Source: Leptogorgia sarmentosa
Lineage: Eukaryota
Reading direction: 5' to 3'
Assembly: GCA_964658305.1 (NCBI GenBank)
Contig: OZ210885.1
Coordinates: 9,734,001-9,798,000 of the forward strand
Length of the DNA: 64,000 nucleotides
Shown: positions 61,764-64,000 of the stretch, in pieces
Position numbering within the stretch: position 1 is the stretch's first letter
Layout of the letters: every line of letters begins with the position of its first letter
Notes under the pieces: model-generated
What the model saw: only the letters and a program-made list of their open reading frames with translations
Told to the model about the DNA's origin: nothing
The model's database searches: none
Position numbers and translations under genes: made by a program

Positions 61764-64000
61764 ATGTTCCAAGCTTCGAATGTTGTCTTCTTCCTTGTGT
61801 TGCTGTGGTGGATTGCGAATGGGCTCACGTCACTTTACTCCAAGACAAAAATGTCTGAAGGTGAAACGAAAAAATCTTCCCAAGAAATGAAATGGTTGGA
61901 CCTCACAGTCATGCAATTTCTCTTCGGCGTAATTGGCTCTGCATTTTGGATATTCTTCGTTGAGAGAAGATCTTTGACTATTTCAAAAATCCGTGACTGG
62001 AATGGCCTTGTTTTCATACTAGGAAATCTGGTCGGCCATCTTTCTGTCAATGTTTCCTACACTTTTGTCAGTTCAAGTGCGACTCAAGTTGTGAAATCGT
62101 CAGAGCCCATTTTCATGTTCTTATTCCTCAAGTTCTCTTGTCTCAAATCGCAGCCCACCGAAAAACAAAGTACGAGTTCTCTTGTATTATTTTCAATAAT
62201 TCTCATGGTATTTGGAACATGTATTTTCGTCATATGGGATATAGCGTTCAATCTTTGGGGGATTCTTGCGGCTGTGGCGTCAAATATCGCATTTCCGCTT
62301 CGAAACATTGCTTTAAAAAATATCGGTCGACAGTACGAAAGTCCGTTCGAAAAATATTTCATATTGTCCTTCTTTGGAACTCTTTTGCTTTTCCCGTTTC
62401 TGATACTAAAATTGATCATTCAAAACACGTCCCCACTGAATTTATCTCAATCGGGTATTGCAGCTTCAGGCTTCCACTGTGTTTATAACCTAGCTTCCAT
62501 TTCAGTCCTTCAGAACGTCTCGCCATTGAACCACGCTATTTTAAATTTCTCAAAACGTATTTTCGTCATTACGCTCAACATCAAATATTTCAACCTCGCT
62601 CTGACGTGGCTCCTCGGATTGGTGATCATATTCTCAGGCCTAGCCCTCTACCTTTTCTCCCACAGCGGAAAAACCTCTTCGAAGAAATTTTTTATTTTCC
62701 CATCATTGAGAATCACTCCACGAAGATGCTGCCGATACTTCTTGCTCGTCGGCTTCCTAACCTTGCTGTCAACTTTGGTGTATTCGCCACGCAAGCTCAA
62801 AGAGAGTCTCAATGAACATCCTTTCGAATTTGACGTACGTCGCGTTAATGACAGACCTTCCCCGAATCCTGTTGTAAATCGTGACACCTCACTGGTTCTG
62901 ACTACAGCTTGGCTTTTTAATAAGCCAATGTCAGATGCGTTCATCAAAGACATGGTTATGGCACACAAACAAACTGGCGCATCTATACAAGTGTACTGCA
63001 GCACAATGAAATGCTTGGATACCATAAAGAAGCTAGAAAATCCAGCGATAACCGCAAGTTTCCTCGTGGTTCCAAATGTGCTTGGGAAGACAACATTAAA
63101 GGAATGGGGCGAGCGTCATGTCTTGTAGAAAGTCTTAGCTGGCCTTCATTATGAATGGTACCTTACCGAAGCTTTATGTCTTGCCCATCTCTGGCAGTAC
63201 GGTGGAAGTTTTTTTTTTGCCTTCTTACCCAATGACGCAACGCCTGTCGGGTGATGAACAAGAAAATAACTGGCCTTGCATGTCGTTGAGATTTGCTGTC
63301 AGGGAAAAAACCGCCTTCGAACACCTCCAATTACATGTAAAGGATCAACGATTACAACAACACGTTACCAGGTTTCTTGAAAACATGAAGTCCTGGAATT
63401 CCAAACCATTGTTGCCCAGTATGTTCCAAGATACCGTGTGGAATGGGTTTTCACGACATTGTCCAAATAACACACGCTGGTGCATGATTCGTCATTCGAA
63501 GACCTTTCGTGATATGTACGCCCGCCATGGAATGCCATTCGAACACGAACACCATTTCGGGATGTTATCGTTTGACGGCAGTCCTGGTCCCATTGTTCTT
63601 GCAAATATCGGAGACGAGATTCATGCCCTCGCTGGATTGCAATTCTTGCCATTTGTCCACTTCTTCTTGGACAGAGAGTACCTGATACCTCCAAACACCC
63701 ACGGCAGTAAGCACCCTGTGTTCTTTAACGCCTGGTGGGGTAACCGTAGGTTCAAATGGCCACCCCCAGAAAATATCGATCCAATGATGCTTTCTATTCA
63801 CACTGACGCAAGATTTCGTTCCGTTGTTTCCTCCTCGACAAAAGCCATTGATTTTCTAAAATCCAAGGCGCCCATTGGCGCTCGCGATATGGTCACAAAA
63901 AAATTTATGGATAAGTTACAAGTGCCATCGTTTTTCTCAGGTTGTATGACGCTGTCTCTACGAATACGAAACCCTCAGCCGCTAGAAAAGCGGGACAATA
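61764..64000 (+). CDS. Fusion of triose-phosphate/PEP translocator family (SLC35E-like) transporter, GT32-like segment and polysaccharide pyruvyltransferase; in-frame TAG at 63126-63128 and +1 frameshift at T10 63209-63218; runs off window
   Basis: TPT motifs QVVKSSEPIF, ASNIAFPLRN, VSPLNHAILNFSKRIFVI; then LAHLWQYGG; then ANIGDEIHALAGLQFLP, WPPPENIDP, PIGARD, FSGCMTL. ATG 61764 follows the acceptor ttttag at 61746. Confidence 0.85.

Noticed and set aside
62648..63801. Minus-strand short ORFs
   Set aside because: Antisense shadows of the plus-strand fusion gene, with no recognisable motifs

Overview
This is AT-rich eukaryotic, animal-type DNA with spliceosomal introns and many DNA transposons; a cnidarian/octocoral origin is my inference from gene and repeat style only. 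(1) A minus-strand gene spans about 47090 to 5970. I assembled it by hand from 15 phase-compatible GT-AG exons (~1,980 aa). It encodes an Apaf-1-like STAND protein with the order HEPN-like domain (RNPWAH), ~63-heptad His-rich coiled coil, NB-ARC, WD40 array, and it carries one in-frame TGA in the NB-ARC. (2) An apparently intact P element (1623-5865; 32-bp TIRs, 8-bp TSD, 925-aa THAP transposase with a GC-AG intron) sits just past the 3' end of that gene. (3) A plus-strand gene from 61764 to the window end fuses a triose-phosphate/PEP-translocator-family transporter, a GT32-like segment and a polysaccharide pyruvyltransferase; it has one stop and one frameshift. (4) A 5'-truncated Penelope-like retroelement (58850-61669) carries a minimal hammerhead ribozyme. 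(5) A spliced, frameshifted ParB/Srx-like pseudogene lies at 56.3-57.9 kb. (6) The rest includes a Helitron Rep relic, many MITEs (hAT, P-like, Kolobok, Tc1, MULE/Merlin-like; often nested) and several tandem arrays.
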